DNA from: Capsulimonadaceae bacterium
GTDB taxonomy: Bacteria > Armatimonadota > Armatimonadia > Armatimonadales > Capsulimonadaceae
Direction of reading: 5' to 3'
Assembly (NCBI GenBank): GCA_965215505.1
Contig: OZ244065.1
Coordinates: 2,368,001 to 2,432,000 of the forward strand
DNA length: 64,000 nt
Part shown: piece after piece, positions 27,742 to 37,728 of the stretch
Layout of the letters: every line of letters begins with the position of its first letter
Position numbering within the stretch: the stretch's first letter is position 1
Notes under the pieces: generated by a model
What the model was told of the DNA's origin: nothing
The model's input: only the letters and a program-made list of their open reading frames with translations
Database searches by the model: none
Position numbers and translations under genes: made by a program

Positions 27742-28008
27742 TCAGCGGCCTTCCTCATCATCGTAGATGTCTTCCCGCCGAAAATCGGAGGTTGAGGCCA
27801 GCAGGTTGCGGGCTTCAGCTCTTTCGATGCTTTTCAGCCGGAGTTTCTGGATTTCTTCCGGCGTCAGAGTCGAGCGGATGATGGTCGGCGCGGGTTGGTT
27901 CAGAGCCTGCCAAATGAGACGGCGCAGGTAGGAGTCAGCGTCCTGCCCCTGTTCCGCCGCTTTCTTGCTTCTCGCGCTTTCCAGTTCGGGTTCAAATGTC
28001 ACGGTCAT
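27742..28008 (-). CDS. Second antitoxin-like protein
   Basis: MTVTFEPELE...AAEQGQDADSYL, C-terminal FRREDIYDD; ATGA overlap with the aspS stop. Confidence 0.6.
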   Translation of the reverse strand: MTVTFEPELESARSKKAAEQGQDADSYLRRLIWQALNQPAPTIIRSTLTPEEIQKLRLKSIERAEARNLLASTSDFRREDIYDDEEGR

Positions 28009-29852
28009 GGCAAATCCTCCGTTATCACGGTGTTGTCAGGCCAGGACGTTTTCTTCTCTTCTTTCTTCGGCTCCTCCTTCTTCGGCGGGTAGTTCACCGT
28101 CAGGCTCAGTTCCTTGAGCTGCTTGTCTTCCACCTCGGAGGGCGCGTCCATCATGGGGTCGAAGCCGCCGCCGGATTTGGGGAAGGCGATGACCTCGCGG
28201 ACGTTCTCGTCATCGGTCAGGTACATGATCAGCCGGTCGATGCCGGGGGCCATGCCGCCGTGCGGGGGGGCACCGAAGTCGAAGGCGTCGAGCATGTGGC
28301 CGAACTGGGCCTGGATCTGTTCGTCGGTCTTGCCAAGCATCTTGAAGATGCGCTCCTGGATGTCGCGCTTGTGGATGCGGATGGACCCCGAAGCGGCCTC
28401 GGAGCCGTTGCAGACCAGGTCGTAGCAGAAGGCGCGGCAGCGGGCCGGGTCGCTCTCCAGAAACGGCAGGTGTTCGGGGCGCGGCATGGAGAACGGGTTG
28501 TGGGCGAAGGTCCAGCCCTGCTCGTCCTCGTCCCGCTCGAAGACGGGGAAGTCCGTCACCCAGCAGAAGTGCAGCGTGTTCGGGTCGGCGAGGTTCTGCC
28601 GGGTCGCGATCTCGCGGCGCAGGCGGTCCAGGACCTTGGCGACGACGTCCGGTTTGTCGGCGACGAACGCGATCAGGTCGCCGGGCAACGCCTCAGCAAG
28701 TGAAACCAGGCCCTTGATCTCGTCTTCCGAGAGGAACTTGGCGATGGGCGATTTGACGCCCTCTTCGGTCACCAGCAAATAAGCCAGGCCCTTCGCGCCG
28801 AAGGCCTTGGCCAAGGCGGTCAGGTCATCAATCTCCTTACGCGACAGGGAAGCGCCCTGCGGGTAGCGAATCAGCTTGACCTGACCGCCACCCCCTAGAG
28901 CGCCTTGGAAGACCGAGAACTGCGTGTCGGCGAGGACCGGCGCGGCGTCCCTCAGTTCCAGCCCGTAGCGCAGGTCCGGCTTGTCCGAGCCGAAGCGGGC
29001 CATGGCCTCGTCATAGGTCAGGCGGGTGAAAGGCGTCACCATCTTCTTGGGACTGATCTTCGGGATGATCTCGGTGTAGAGCGACTCGACCACTTCCAGC
29101 ACGTCGTCCTGCTCCACGAACGACATTTCCAGGTCGAGCTGTGTGAACTCGGGCTGGCGGTCCGCCCGCTGGGACTCGTCGCGGAAGCACTTGGCGATCT
29201 GGAAATAGCGCTCCATGCCCCCGACCATCAGGAGCTGCTTGAACTGCTGCGGAGCTTGAGGAAGCGCATAGAAGAGGCCCGGCTGGAGCCGATAAGGCAC
29301 CAGGTAGTCGCGCGCCCCTTCGGGGGAGGACTTGGTCAGGATGGGCGTCTCGATCTCCAGGAAGCCGCGCCCGTACATGAACTCGCGGATGAGCCGGATC
29401 GCCTCGTGGCGCAGGCGCATCTTCTCGAACATGACCGGGCGGCGCAGGTCGAGGTAGCGGTACTTGAGCCGCAGCATCTCGTCCACGTCTTTGTCTTCGG
29501 CGACGGGGAACGGCGGCGTCTTGGCGGCGTTCAGGATCTCGATGCCTGTGGCCGCCACTTCATACGCGCCCGTCGCGAGTTCCGCCTTTTCCGTACCCGC
29601 CGGCCGCCGCCGGACCGTGCCGGTGATGCTCAGGCAGTATTCGGAGCGGACCCGCTCGGCCACGGCCAGGGCTTCGGGCGCATCGCCGCCGTCCACGGCG
29701 ACCTGGACGATGCCGCTGCGGTCGCGCAGATCCAGGAAGATGAGACCGCCCTGATCCCGGTTCCGGTTGACCCAGCCGTTCAGCGTCACCGTCTGCCCGA
29801 CCAGGCTCTCCAAGATGTCTCCGCACGCCGCCGTCCTCTTCCAGTCTGCCAC
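28005..29852 (-). CDS. aspS: Aspartate--tRNA ligase
   Basis: OB fold GWV..RDQGGLIFLDLRD; PEGARDYLVP, FRDE, RQPEFTQLDLEMSF, GAPPHGG. Confidence 0.97.
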   Translation of the reverse strand: MADWKRTAACGDILESLVGQTVTLNGWVNRNRDQGGLIFLDLRDRSGIVQVAVDGGDAPEALAVAERVRSEYCLSITGTVRRRPAGTEKAELATGAYEVAATGIEILNAAKTPPFPVAEDKDVDEMLRLKYRYLDLRRPVMFEKMRLRHEAIRLIREFMYGRGFLEIETPILTKSSPEGARDYLVPYRLQPGLFYALPQAPQQFKQLLMVGGMERYFQIAKCFRDESQRADRQPEFTQLDLEMSFVEQDDVLEVVESLYTEIIPKISPKKMVTPFTRLTYDEAMARFGSDKPDLRYGLELRDAAPVLADTQFSVFQGALGGGGQVKLIRYPQGASLSRKEIDDLTALAKAFGAKGLAYLLVTEEGVKSPIAKFLSEDEIKGLVSLAEALPGDLIAFVADKPDVVAKVLDRLRREIATRQNLADPNTLHFCWVTDFPVFERDEDEQGWTFAHNPFSMPRPEHLPFLESDPARCRAFCYDLVCNGSEAASGSIRIHKRDIQERIFKMLGKTDEQIQAQFGHMLDAFDFGAPPHGGMAPGIDRLIMYLTDDENVREVIAFPKSGGGFDPMMDAPSEVEDKQLKELSLTVNYPPKKEEPKKEEKKTSWPDNTVITEDLP

Positions 29853-29987
29853 GATAGCTCTCCCCTACCCGTCTTCGGGCCGCCGTCTGAAATGATGTGG
29901 CTATCAGTATACCCCAAGTGCCAAGAGGAAGGCGGACAAAAACAGGCCCGGCACGAGAAGTGCCGGACCAGCAAGGGGCGATGAAGA

Positions 29988-30011
29988 GGGCGCGATGAGT
30001 CGCTTCCCTAC
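29988..30011 (-). repeat. GTAG-type REP (imperfect)
   Basis: GTAGGGAAGCGACTCATCGCGCCC; its TAG is the HdeD gene stop. Confidence 0.6.
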
Positions 30012-30583
30012 GGCGGGGGCCAGACAGGCGCGCGGTTCCGCTCGTGGTCCATGTTCATGCGCCGCAGCCGCCAGGCCAGCGAGAGCAGGCCCAGCCCGGC
30101 GATCAGGGCGTAGACGCCGATCATCCAGACGATGGTAGCCAGCCCCGCGCCGGGCGCGGCCAGCATCCCGATCCCCAAAAGCACGGAGACGACGCCGAGC
30201 GCGGCCAAAGCCCACTCGCCCGCGATCACCCGGCGAAGGCGGAGAGCGGCAGCGATTTCTATCACGCCGGTCAGTATGGCCCAGGCCGCGACGAGGTATG
30301 CGAGCAGAAGTGCGGTCGTCGCCGGGTGCGCGAACGAAACGATGCCGACGATGACTCCGACGACGCCTTCAATGACTAGTAAACCCCAGCGGTCGTCGGT
30401 GTGCGTGAAGCGGGCCGCCGTCAGCAGCGCGACCACGCCGTCCACCAGGGCGTATGCGCCGAATAGAGTCACAAGGGCCGCCAGGGCCGCCCCCGGCATG
30501 AGGATCGCCAGAATGCCGAACAAGACGGCCAGGCCGCCCCGGATCGCCAGAACCCACCAGCCGCGCGCGATGCGCTGTTCCAT
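30008..30583 (-). CDS. HdeD/DUF308 membrane protein
   Basis: WW.LAIRG.LAVLFG, FGAYALVDG, AWAILTG..EI; 6 TMs. Confidence 0.88.
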   Translation of the reverse strand: MEQRIARGWWVLAIRGGLAVLFGILAILMPGAALAALVTLFGAYALVDGVVALLTAARFTHTDDRWGLLVIEGVVGVIVGIVSFAHPATTALLLAYLVAAWAILTGVIEIAAALRLRRVIAGEWALAALGVVSVLLGIGMLAAPGAGLATIVWMIGVYALIAGLGLLSLAWRLRRMNMDHERNRAPVWPPP

Positions 30584-30813
30584 GTGTCTTCACCTCCAAG
30601 ATTAAAACAAGGCTAAAAGCCGCCTTTGGAATACCCTCGCCCGGCAGCCCCGAAACGCAGCAGGGGCGGAGCCGAAGCGGGGAAGAAGCGGGGAAGAACG
30701 CCCGAGAAGATTGTACTTCGATTCCCAACGCTTTGAAGGCATACTAGGTGTTGGATAGAGGCAGGCACAGAGGTCGCCGGTCTCACAACACCCGCGAGGA
30801 AGCAGAGATAATA

Positions 30814-32574
30814 ATGAATCGCATACTCCTATCGGCAATCGTGCTGACCGGTCCGCTCCTGAGCGGCCTGTCAGTCCGGGCCGCCGATCTTTCCGCCGGA
30901 GCCGACGCCCCGCTCGCTTACAATATGCTCGCCAGGGCGACGCCGGGGTCCGAGGCGGTCATCCTCAAGATCAGAGGCTGTCTCAGCCCCGCCCAGGAAG
31001 CGCGTCTCCGATCCTTGGGCGTGGATGTGACGCGCCATCTGAGCTTCATCGGCTCGGTCGCCGTCACCGTCCCGAGCCGGAACCTGGCCCGCGTCGCCGC
31101 CCTGCCGTTCGTCACGCACGTCTCCTGTGACGGCCAGGTCCACAAGTGCGACGAGTTCACGGTCGCCGCGAGCGGGGCGGGGGCGGCCTACCAGCAGTAC
31201 GGGCTGACCGGGCAGGGCGTCACCGTCGCCGTCGTGGACAGCGGCATCGTGTGCAGCCACTGGGATCTGCTGGATGCCAACGGGGACGGCAACTCGCGGG
31301 TGGTGGCGTCGAAGGACTTCGTCTCCGGCTACACCGACTGGCGGATTTTGAATGACTACTGCGGCCACGGCTCGCACGTCGCCGGCATCATCGCCGGCAA
31401 CGGCGCGGCCTCCACCGGCAGCCAGTGTACCCACACCTACTACGGCATCGCCCGCAACGCCAACCTCGTCAACGTGCGCGTGCTGGACCAGAACGGCGCG
31501 GGCAGTGTCAGCACCGTAGTGGCGGGCATCCAGTGGGTGGTCCAGAACAAGAACCAGTACAACATCCGCGTGCTGAACCTGTCGCTGGGGCACCCCGTCG
31601 GCGAGAGCTACACCACCGACCCGCTCTGCCAGGCCGTCGAGGCCGCCTGGAAGGCCGGCATCGTCGTCGTCTGCGCCGCCGGCAACGCCGGCCGCGTCTC
31701 CAACACCGTGGCCGCGGGCCAGTCCAACGAGGGCTACGGCACAGCCTACGGCTCCATCCAGTCGCCCGCCAACGACCCCTACGTCATCACCGTCGGCGCG
31801 ACCAAGAGCGTGGACGGCAACCACCGGCACGACAGGGTCGCCACCTACTCCAGCCGGGGGCCGAGCCGCCTGGACCTCGTGCTGAAGCCCGACATCATCG
31901 CGCCCGGCAACCAGGTCATCTCGCTGGACGTGGACTGGGCCACGCTCAACGCCGCCTATGGGGGCACCAACATGGTCCCATACAGCGCCTACACCACGGC
32001 GGCGGCGTCCGGGGCTGCCGGCACGCTGGGGGCCGCCAACCGGGCGGGGGCGGGGATGTCCGACGCCTACTTCCGCCTGTCGGGCACTTCCATGGCCGCG
32101 CCCGTCGTGGCGGGGGCGGCGGCCCTGCTGCTCCAGGCCAGCCCGCGGCTCTCGCCGGACACGGTGAAGGCCCGCCTGATGGTCTCCGCCGACAAATGGG
32201 GCGCTCCGGACGCCTCCGGCAACCCGACAGGGCAGGCGGACCCCTGCACCTACGGGGCTGGGTATCTGAACATCCCCGCCGCGATCCAGAGCAGCGTCTT
32301 CGCCGGCCAGCCTGCCCTCAGCCCGGCGCTGTACGAAGACTCCAGGGGCAGCGTCTACCTTGACAGCAGCAGGATCACTTCCGGCAGCAAAACCCTCTGG
32401 GGATCAACCGACCTGACCGATCCGCAGGCCATCTGGGGCAGCAAAACCCTCTGGGGCAGCACTCTGTCGGTTTCCAGTTCCCTCTGGGGTTCCAGTGTCT
32501 TCGGCAGCCGTAGCGTCTTCGGTGTCAGTACCGGCGCAGCGGACCTCTCCTCCGTCACCATTATGGGCGAATAG
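30814..32574 (+). CDS. Secreted S8 subtilase (AprX-like) with C-terminal (L/I)WG repeats
   Basis: Signal peptide; VDSG, HGSHVAG, AAGN, SGTSMAAP; tail SKTLWG..AIWGSKTLWG..SLWGSSVFG. Confidence 0.92.
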   Translation: MNRILLSAIVLTGPLLSGLSVRAADLSAGADAPLAYNMLARATPGSEAVILKIRGCLSPAQEARLRSLGVDVTRHLSFIGSVAVTVPSRNLARVAALPFVTHVSCDGQVHKCDEFTVAASGAGAAYQQYGLTGQGVTVAVVDSGIVCSHWDLLDANGDGNSRVVASKDFVSGYTDWRILNDYCGHGSHVAGIIAGNGAASTGSQCTHTYYGIARNANLVNVRVLDQNGAGSVSTVVAGIQWVVQNKNQYNIRVLNLSLGHPVGESYTTDPLCQAVEAAWKAGIVVVCAAGNAGRVSNTVAAGQSNEGYGTAYGSIQSPANDPYVITVGATKSVDGNHRHDRVATYSSRGPSRLDLVLKPDIIAPGNQVISLDVDWATLNAAYGGTNMVPYSAYTTAAASGAAGTLGAANRAGAGMSDAYFRLSGTSMAAPVVAGAAALLLQASPRLSPDTVKARLMVSADKWGAPDASGNPTGQADPCTYGAGYLNIPAAIQSSVFAGQPALSPALYEDSRGSVYLDSSRITSGSKTLWGSTDLTDPQAIWGSKTLWGSTLSVSSSLWGSSVFGSRSVFGVSTGAADLSSVTIMGE

Positions 32575-32606
32575 TCGGCGGATGCTCCCGCAGGCCAACA
32601 TGTGCG

Positions 32607-35045
32607 TCAGGGAAGAGGTGTCCGTTCTCCACCGACGAGCGCGGCGAACGCTTCGACGAGCGCAGGATCGAACCGCCCCCCCGCCTCGCGCCGCAGTTCG
32701 CCGACTGCCGGCGCGGGTCCCAGTGCTTGGGTGAAGGTCAGGGCGCAGAACGCGTCGGCGACCGCGATCACGCGGGAACCTATCGGGATTTGCTCGCCCG
32801 CGAGGCCATTCGGGTAGCCCCCCCCATCCCAGCGTTCGTGGTGTGCGAGGATCAGCGGGGACAGGGCGCGCAGGCCGGGGATGTGGCTGACCACGCGGGC
32901 GCTGATCTGTGTGTGCTTCTCCAGGAGGGCCTGTTCTTCCGCATCCGCCGTGGCGGGTGTCTGGAGCAGAACGTCCGGAAGTGCAAGCAGGCCGATGTCG
33001 TGCAGACGCGCCGCCAGCCCGATCTGCCGCGCTTCAGCCCCGGTCAGACCCAGCGCCTGCGCCAGCCGCACGGCTAGAAGTGCCGTCTCCTCCGCGCGCT
33101 CCTGCGCGGGGCCGTCACGCATCCCAGCCAGAGTGGTCAGAGCCTCCACAGCCCCGGCCAGCGCGACGTCTTCCCGCGAGGCAGTGTCCTGGTCGCCGGC
33201 CAGCAGTCCCCCGACGGCAGGGTCGCCTGCGGCTCGCACCTGATTACGCCCGAGTCGCTTCGCGGCGTACATCGCTCGGTCGGCGGCGGTCAGCAGCGCC
33301 TCAGGCCCCTCCGCGCGGTCCTCGACGCCGTCCGCCTGACCGTCCACACGGTGAGCGGCGACCCCGACGGAGCAGGTCATGCGAAGCCCACCCCCGATTG
33401 CAAAAACGGATGCGGCGACGGCGGCGCACATCTGCTCGGCGACGACCAGTGCGCCGGCCTCGTCGGTCTCCGGCAGCACGGCGACGAACTCCTCGCCGCC
33501 CCAGCGCCCGAAAAAGTCCGCCGCGCGCAAGCGGCCACGGATCAAAGCGGCGAACTGCTGGAGGGCTGCGTCCCCGGCGGCATGTCCCCCGAAGTCGTTG
33601 ATGGATTTGAAGTGGTCGATGTCGAAGAACAGGACCCCGAAGGATCGGCTGTGGCGTCGGGCGCGACTCACCTCGGCCTCTAGGAGATTTGCCATGGCAC
33701 GGTGGTTTGGCAGCCCAGTCAGCAGGTCGGTCGTCGCCAGCCCCTCCAGTCGCGCGTTTGCCAGGTGCAGCGCGTCATTGGCGGCGCCGAGTTCCACGGT
33801 CCGCAGCCGCTCCATCTCAGCCCGTTGCCGGTAGATCTCGGCTTCCTTCTGACTCTTCTCCACCTCCATCTGGAGTATCAGCCCCTTTGTCCGCCGATCG
33901 GCCTCCTCATTGAAGACCTCCTTTTCCAGTCGGTGGAACAGCCGATGGTGTTCATAGGCCCCCGCGAGGTCTCCCAGACGCGCACAGACATCCGCCAGCG
34001 CCTCGTGGGCTTCATACGCTCTCTTCTTCTCCTGAAGCCCTTCGGCAAGCGCGGCGGCCTGGTTCAGCCACTGACGCGCTCCGGGGAAATCGCCGGTGTC
34101 TCGGCTGCATAAGCCGAGGTGGTAAAGGGCGAGGCTCTCGCACTCGCCGTCGGACGCACCTCGCGCGATTGTTAGCGCTTGCCGGTGCTGCTCTTGCGCC
34201 TTATCGTAGTCGCCCGACCTCTGCGCCAGTTGTCCGAGGCGGGCCAGGGCCTCCGCTTCTATGCGGGCGTCTCCGGCCGTTCTTGCCAGGAGAAAAGCGT
34301 GCTGATAGTTGTCTCGGGACTCCTCATAGCGGCCTAGGTGGTATTGGTCTTCCGCGAGGCTGCAAAGGATTGTCGGGATCACCCCCCGGCTCTCGATCTT
34401 CTGGTAGATCGCCAAGCTGGCCCGGCGGCAGTCATAAGCCGCCACATAGTTCGCGAGCAGGCTGTGAACATCGCCGAGGTTGTTGAGCGCCATCCCTTCC
34501 CCCGGTTGATCCCCGATCTCTTGGTAGATCTTCAATGCAGCGCTGAGGTGGTCTACGGCGGCGCTGTGGTCGCCGTAGTGGCAGAAAATACTTCCGATGT
34601 TGTTGAGTGTGGTCGCCTCCCCTGGACGATCCCCGATCTCCTGGCGGATGGCGAGGGCCTGGGTGTAGAAGGGCATGGCGGCGGCATAGTCCGCGCGGAG
34701 CGAGTGCGCCCGGCCGATGTTGTTCAAAGCCATGGCTTCTCCGGGCCGGTCCGCCGCTTCGCGGCTGAGGGTGAGGCTGCGGTCCAGGAGCGCCAGCGCC
34801 TGGTCCACATCCAGCGGGAGGAGATGAAAACCCCGCGCCAGCAGGGCGCGCGCCATACCCCGGACGTAGCCGGCGGCCTCGGCGCGAGCGTAAGCGTCCT
34901 CGCCCAAGTGAACGCTGCGCTCGGCGTCCTGCATCCTGATCTCCCAGGCCAGGGCGTTGAGCGCATCCACCCGTTCCTCGGCTCCTTGCCCTTCCGGGCT
35001 TTGCTCATTTCGGGCCTCAGTCGTCTCGTGCGGCATGTTACGCAT
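32607..35045 (-). CDS. TPR-repeat diguanylate cyclase (GGEEF) with degenerate HD-GYP domain
   Basis: Multiple TPRs (EAMALNNIG); DIDHFKSIND, RAAD I-site, GGEEF; HDIG, HHERWDG.GYP. Confidence 0.9.
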   Translation of the reverse strand: MRNMPHETTEARNEQSPEGQGAEERVDALNALAWEIRMQDAERSVHLGEDAYARAEAAGYVRGMARALLARGFHLLPLDVDQALALLDRSLTLSREAADRPGEAMALNNIGRAHSLRADYAAAMPFYTQALAIRQEIGDRPGEATTLNNIGSIFCHYGDHSAAVDHLSAALKIYQEIGDQPGEGMALNNLGDVHSLLANYVAAYDCRRASLAIYQKIESRGVIPTILCSLAEDQYHLGRYEESRDNYQHAFLLARTAGDARIEAEALARLGQLAQRSGDYDKAQEQHRQALTIARGASDGECESLALYHLGLCSRDTGDFPGARQWLNQAAALAEGLQEKKRAYEAHEALADVCARLGDLAGAYEHHRLFHRLEKEVFNEEADRRTKGLILQMEVEKSQKEAEIYRQRAEMERLRTVELGAANDALHLANARLEGLATTDLLTGLPNHRAMANLLEAEVSRARRHSRSFGVLFFDIDHFKSINDFGGHAAGDAALQQFAALIRGRLRAADFFGRWGGEEFVAVLPETDEAGALVVAEQMCAAVAASVFAIGGGLRMTCSVGVAAHRVDGQADGVEDRAEGPEALLTAADRAMYAAKRLGRNQVRAAGDPAVGGLLAGDQDTASREDVALAGAVEALTTLAGMRDGPAQERAEETALLAVRLAQALGLTGAEARQIGLAARLHDIGLLALPDVLLQTPATADAEEQALLEKHTQISARVVSHIPGLRALSPLILAHHERWDGGGYPNGLAGEQIPIGSRVIAVADAFCALTFTQALGPAPAVGELRREAGGRFDPALVEAFAALVGGERTPLP

Positions 35046-35049
35046 TCGC

Positions 35050-35350
35050 TTTCAACAACGCCGGAGCGGGAGGCCGGCGCGGCGGGCGCGGTTTCGGCGG
35101 TGCAGAAGGCGCAGCGGGAAGCCACGGCGGGGATGATGCTCAGGCACTGCGGGCACTCGCGCGTTGTCGGGGCAACCGGTGGCTCCGTCTTGCGGAGCGA
35201 CATCAGGTGGCTGACGGGCTTGACGATCAGGAAGGACACGACGGCGACAATGGCCAAAAGCCGATCACGGTGTTGAGGAAGTCTCCAAAGCCGAACTTCG
35301 CTCCGTCGACCGTCGTGTTGAGATCGCTCAGGTCCGCGATGTTGCCACAC
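35050..35350 (-). pseudogene. mscL: 3' fragment of mscL with C-terminal zinc ribbon, frameshifted
   Basis: ..DLSDL...FGFGDFLNTVIGF / LAIVAVVSFLIVKP..L...TTRECPQCLSIIP..ASRCAFCT; the N-terminal TM1 half is absent. Confidence 0.7.
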
Positions 35351-35433
35351 GGGTTAAGAGAAGGCACTATAGCAGAAAAGCGGCCAAGCATGAATGCTTG
35401 GCCGCCTTCGAGACTTCTCCGAAGGACCTCGCG

Positions 35434-35616
35434 CTACTTCGTCGCGTCGTGGATCGCCTCTTTGGCCTTACCGAAAAGCTCTTGGGCCTTGCCTTCCACC
35501 TGCTTGGCCTTGCCGGCCACGTCGTCGTCCGTGTTGCCGGTGACGTCTCCCATCGCATCCTGGGCCTTGCCTTCGGCCTGCTTCAGTTCGCCCTTGATGG
35601 TATCTTCATTCGCCAT
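35434..35616 (-). CDS. csbD: CsbD-family general stress protein
   Basis: NEDTIKGELKQAEGKAQDAMGDVTG...GKAKQVEGKAQ. Confidence 0.85.
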   Translation of the reverse strand: MANEDTIKGELKQAEGKAQDAMGDVTGNTDDDVAGKAKQVEGKAQELFGKAKEAIHDATK

Positions 35617-35673
35617 GGTATTCACTCCTCTGGCCTCAAATTACCCAAGCGTCTTGGGATACAAACCCGAGAG

Positions 35674-36843
35674 TCACAGCCAGCCGTCCGTCTCCTCCGC
35701 CTCGGGCGAGCGGGGCTGCTGCACCAGGACCACGGTCGTTCCGGTCAGGCCGGTCAGCAGCCACAGGGCATCGGTCGTCTGGAGCATCATCTTCATGCCG
35801 TGCCCCAGCGTCGCCTTGGTGCTGTAGCCGCGCTCCAGAGTGGCGCGCGGCAGGTTCTCGACGGCGATGCCTTCCCCCCGGTCGCTGATCCAGACCTGGA
35901 CGATGCCGAGGGCCGCATCCCAGAAGACCTGCCCGGTCCCCTCGCCGGCGTGGACGACCGCGTTCATCCCCGCCTCGCCCACCGCAAGCGTCAGGTCGTG
36001 GCGGCGCATCTCGGGCAGGCCGGCCGCCTCGGCGGCCTCGGCCGCCTGGTGGCGCAGGTCGCGCAGCCCGCCGGCCATGGACAGCGGGAGAGGCCCGGCG
36101 AACGGGGCCAGCGCGGGCGGCAGGTCGTCGGGCGTGTCGCACAGGTGCAGATGCCCCTCGGTGACGCTCGCCAGCACGTCGCGCAGGAAGGCCCGCTGAC
36201 GCCCGGCGCTCTCGCGCACCTCCACGAGCAGCCGCGCGTTCTCCGCCTCGACGCGGGTCCGCTCGGCCAGCTCGGCGGCGACCTTCTGATACAGGTAGGC
36301 GTTGCGCGTGGCCGCCGCCACCTGGATCAGCAGGGCACCCAGCAGCCGCAGGTGGGCCTCGGTGTAGGCGTCCAGCCGGTAGCTCATCACCTGCACCGCG
36401 CCGAGGACGCGGTCCTCCAGGATGATGGGGACGATGACCAGCGAATGGACGCGGGGCCGGGCCGGGTCCAGTTCGGTGGTCACGGTGCCGTCGTGGTGGG
36501 CGTAGAAGCGGGAGGCCTGGGTCTTCTCGGCGGCGACGGCGTCCGGGATGATCAGCGGCTCGCCGGAGCGGATGACCCGGCTCTGCACGCCCGCCCCTTC
36601 CTGCGCGAGCGGGATGGGCGGGAAGGCGGACGGGTCCACGTCCCGCCCGTCCACCCAGGCGTAGACGCAGCGGATCAGGCCGTCCTCGGGCGTGTGGATC
36701 GAGACCAGCAGGCTGGCGCAGTCCATGACGCGGGCGGTCATGGCCCGGAGCGTGTCGTAGATGACGACCGGGTCCAGCGTTCTGCCCAGCAGGCCCGCAG
36801 CCTCGTGGAGCAGGGCGAGTTCTTCCTCTTGGATTTCCGGCAT
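35674..36843 (-). CDS. GAF + RsbW-like HATPase (anti-sigma kinase-like)
   Basis: GAF domain; EAGMNAVVH, ISDRGEGI, LGHGM boxes; no HisKA H-box. Confidence 0.8.
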   Translation of the reverse strand: MPEIQEEELALLHEAAGLLGRTLDPVVIYDTLRAMTARVMDCASLLVSIHTPEDGLIRCVYAWVDGRDVDPSAFPPIPLAQEGAGVQSRVIRSGEPLIIPDAVAAEKTQASRFYAHHDGTVTTELDPARPRVHSLVIVPIILEDRVLGAVQVMSYRLDAYTEAHLRLLGALLIQVAAATRNAYLYQKVAAELAERTRVEAENARLLVEVRESAGRQRAFLRDVLASVTEGHLHLCDTPDDLPPALAPFAGPLPLSMAGGLRDLRHQAAEAAEAAGLPEMRRHDLTLAVGEAGMNAVVHAGEGTGQVFWDAALGIVQVWISDRGEGIAVENLPRATLERGYSTKATLGHGMKMMLQTTDALWLLTGLTGTTVVLVQQPRSPEAEETDGWL

Positions 36844-36918
36844 GATGTAATCAGGTTCACGAAGACGCCGCGTTTTTCCTCCCTCGTCTTCGCCCCCGCC
36901 CCGCCTTTCAGGTCATCT

Positions 36919-37727
<809 letters not shown>

Positions 37728-37728
<1 letters not shown>

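Noticed and set aside
22768-28008. Snf2 + PIN as a multi-gene defence system (DISARM/Zorya-like)
   Set aside because: SWIM-Snf2 is a widespread type and no methylase, PLD or Mot partners are present
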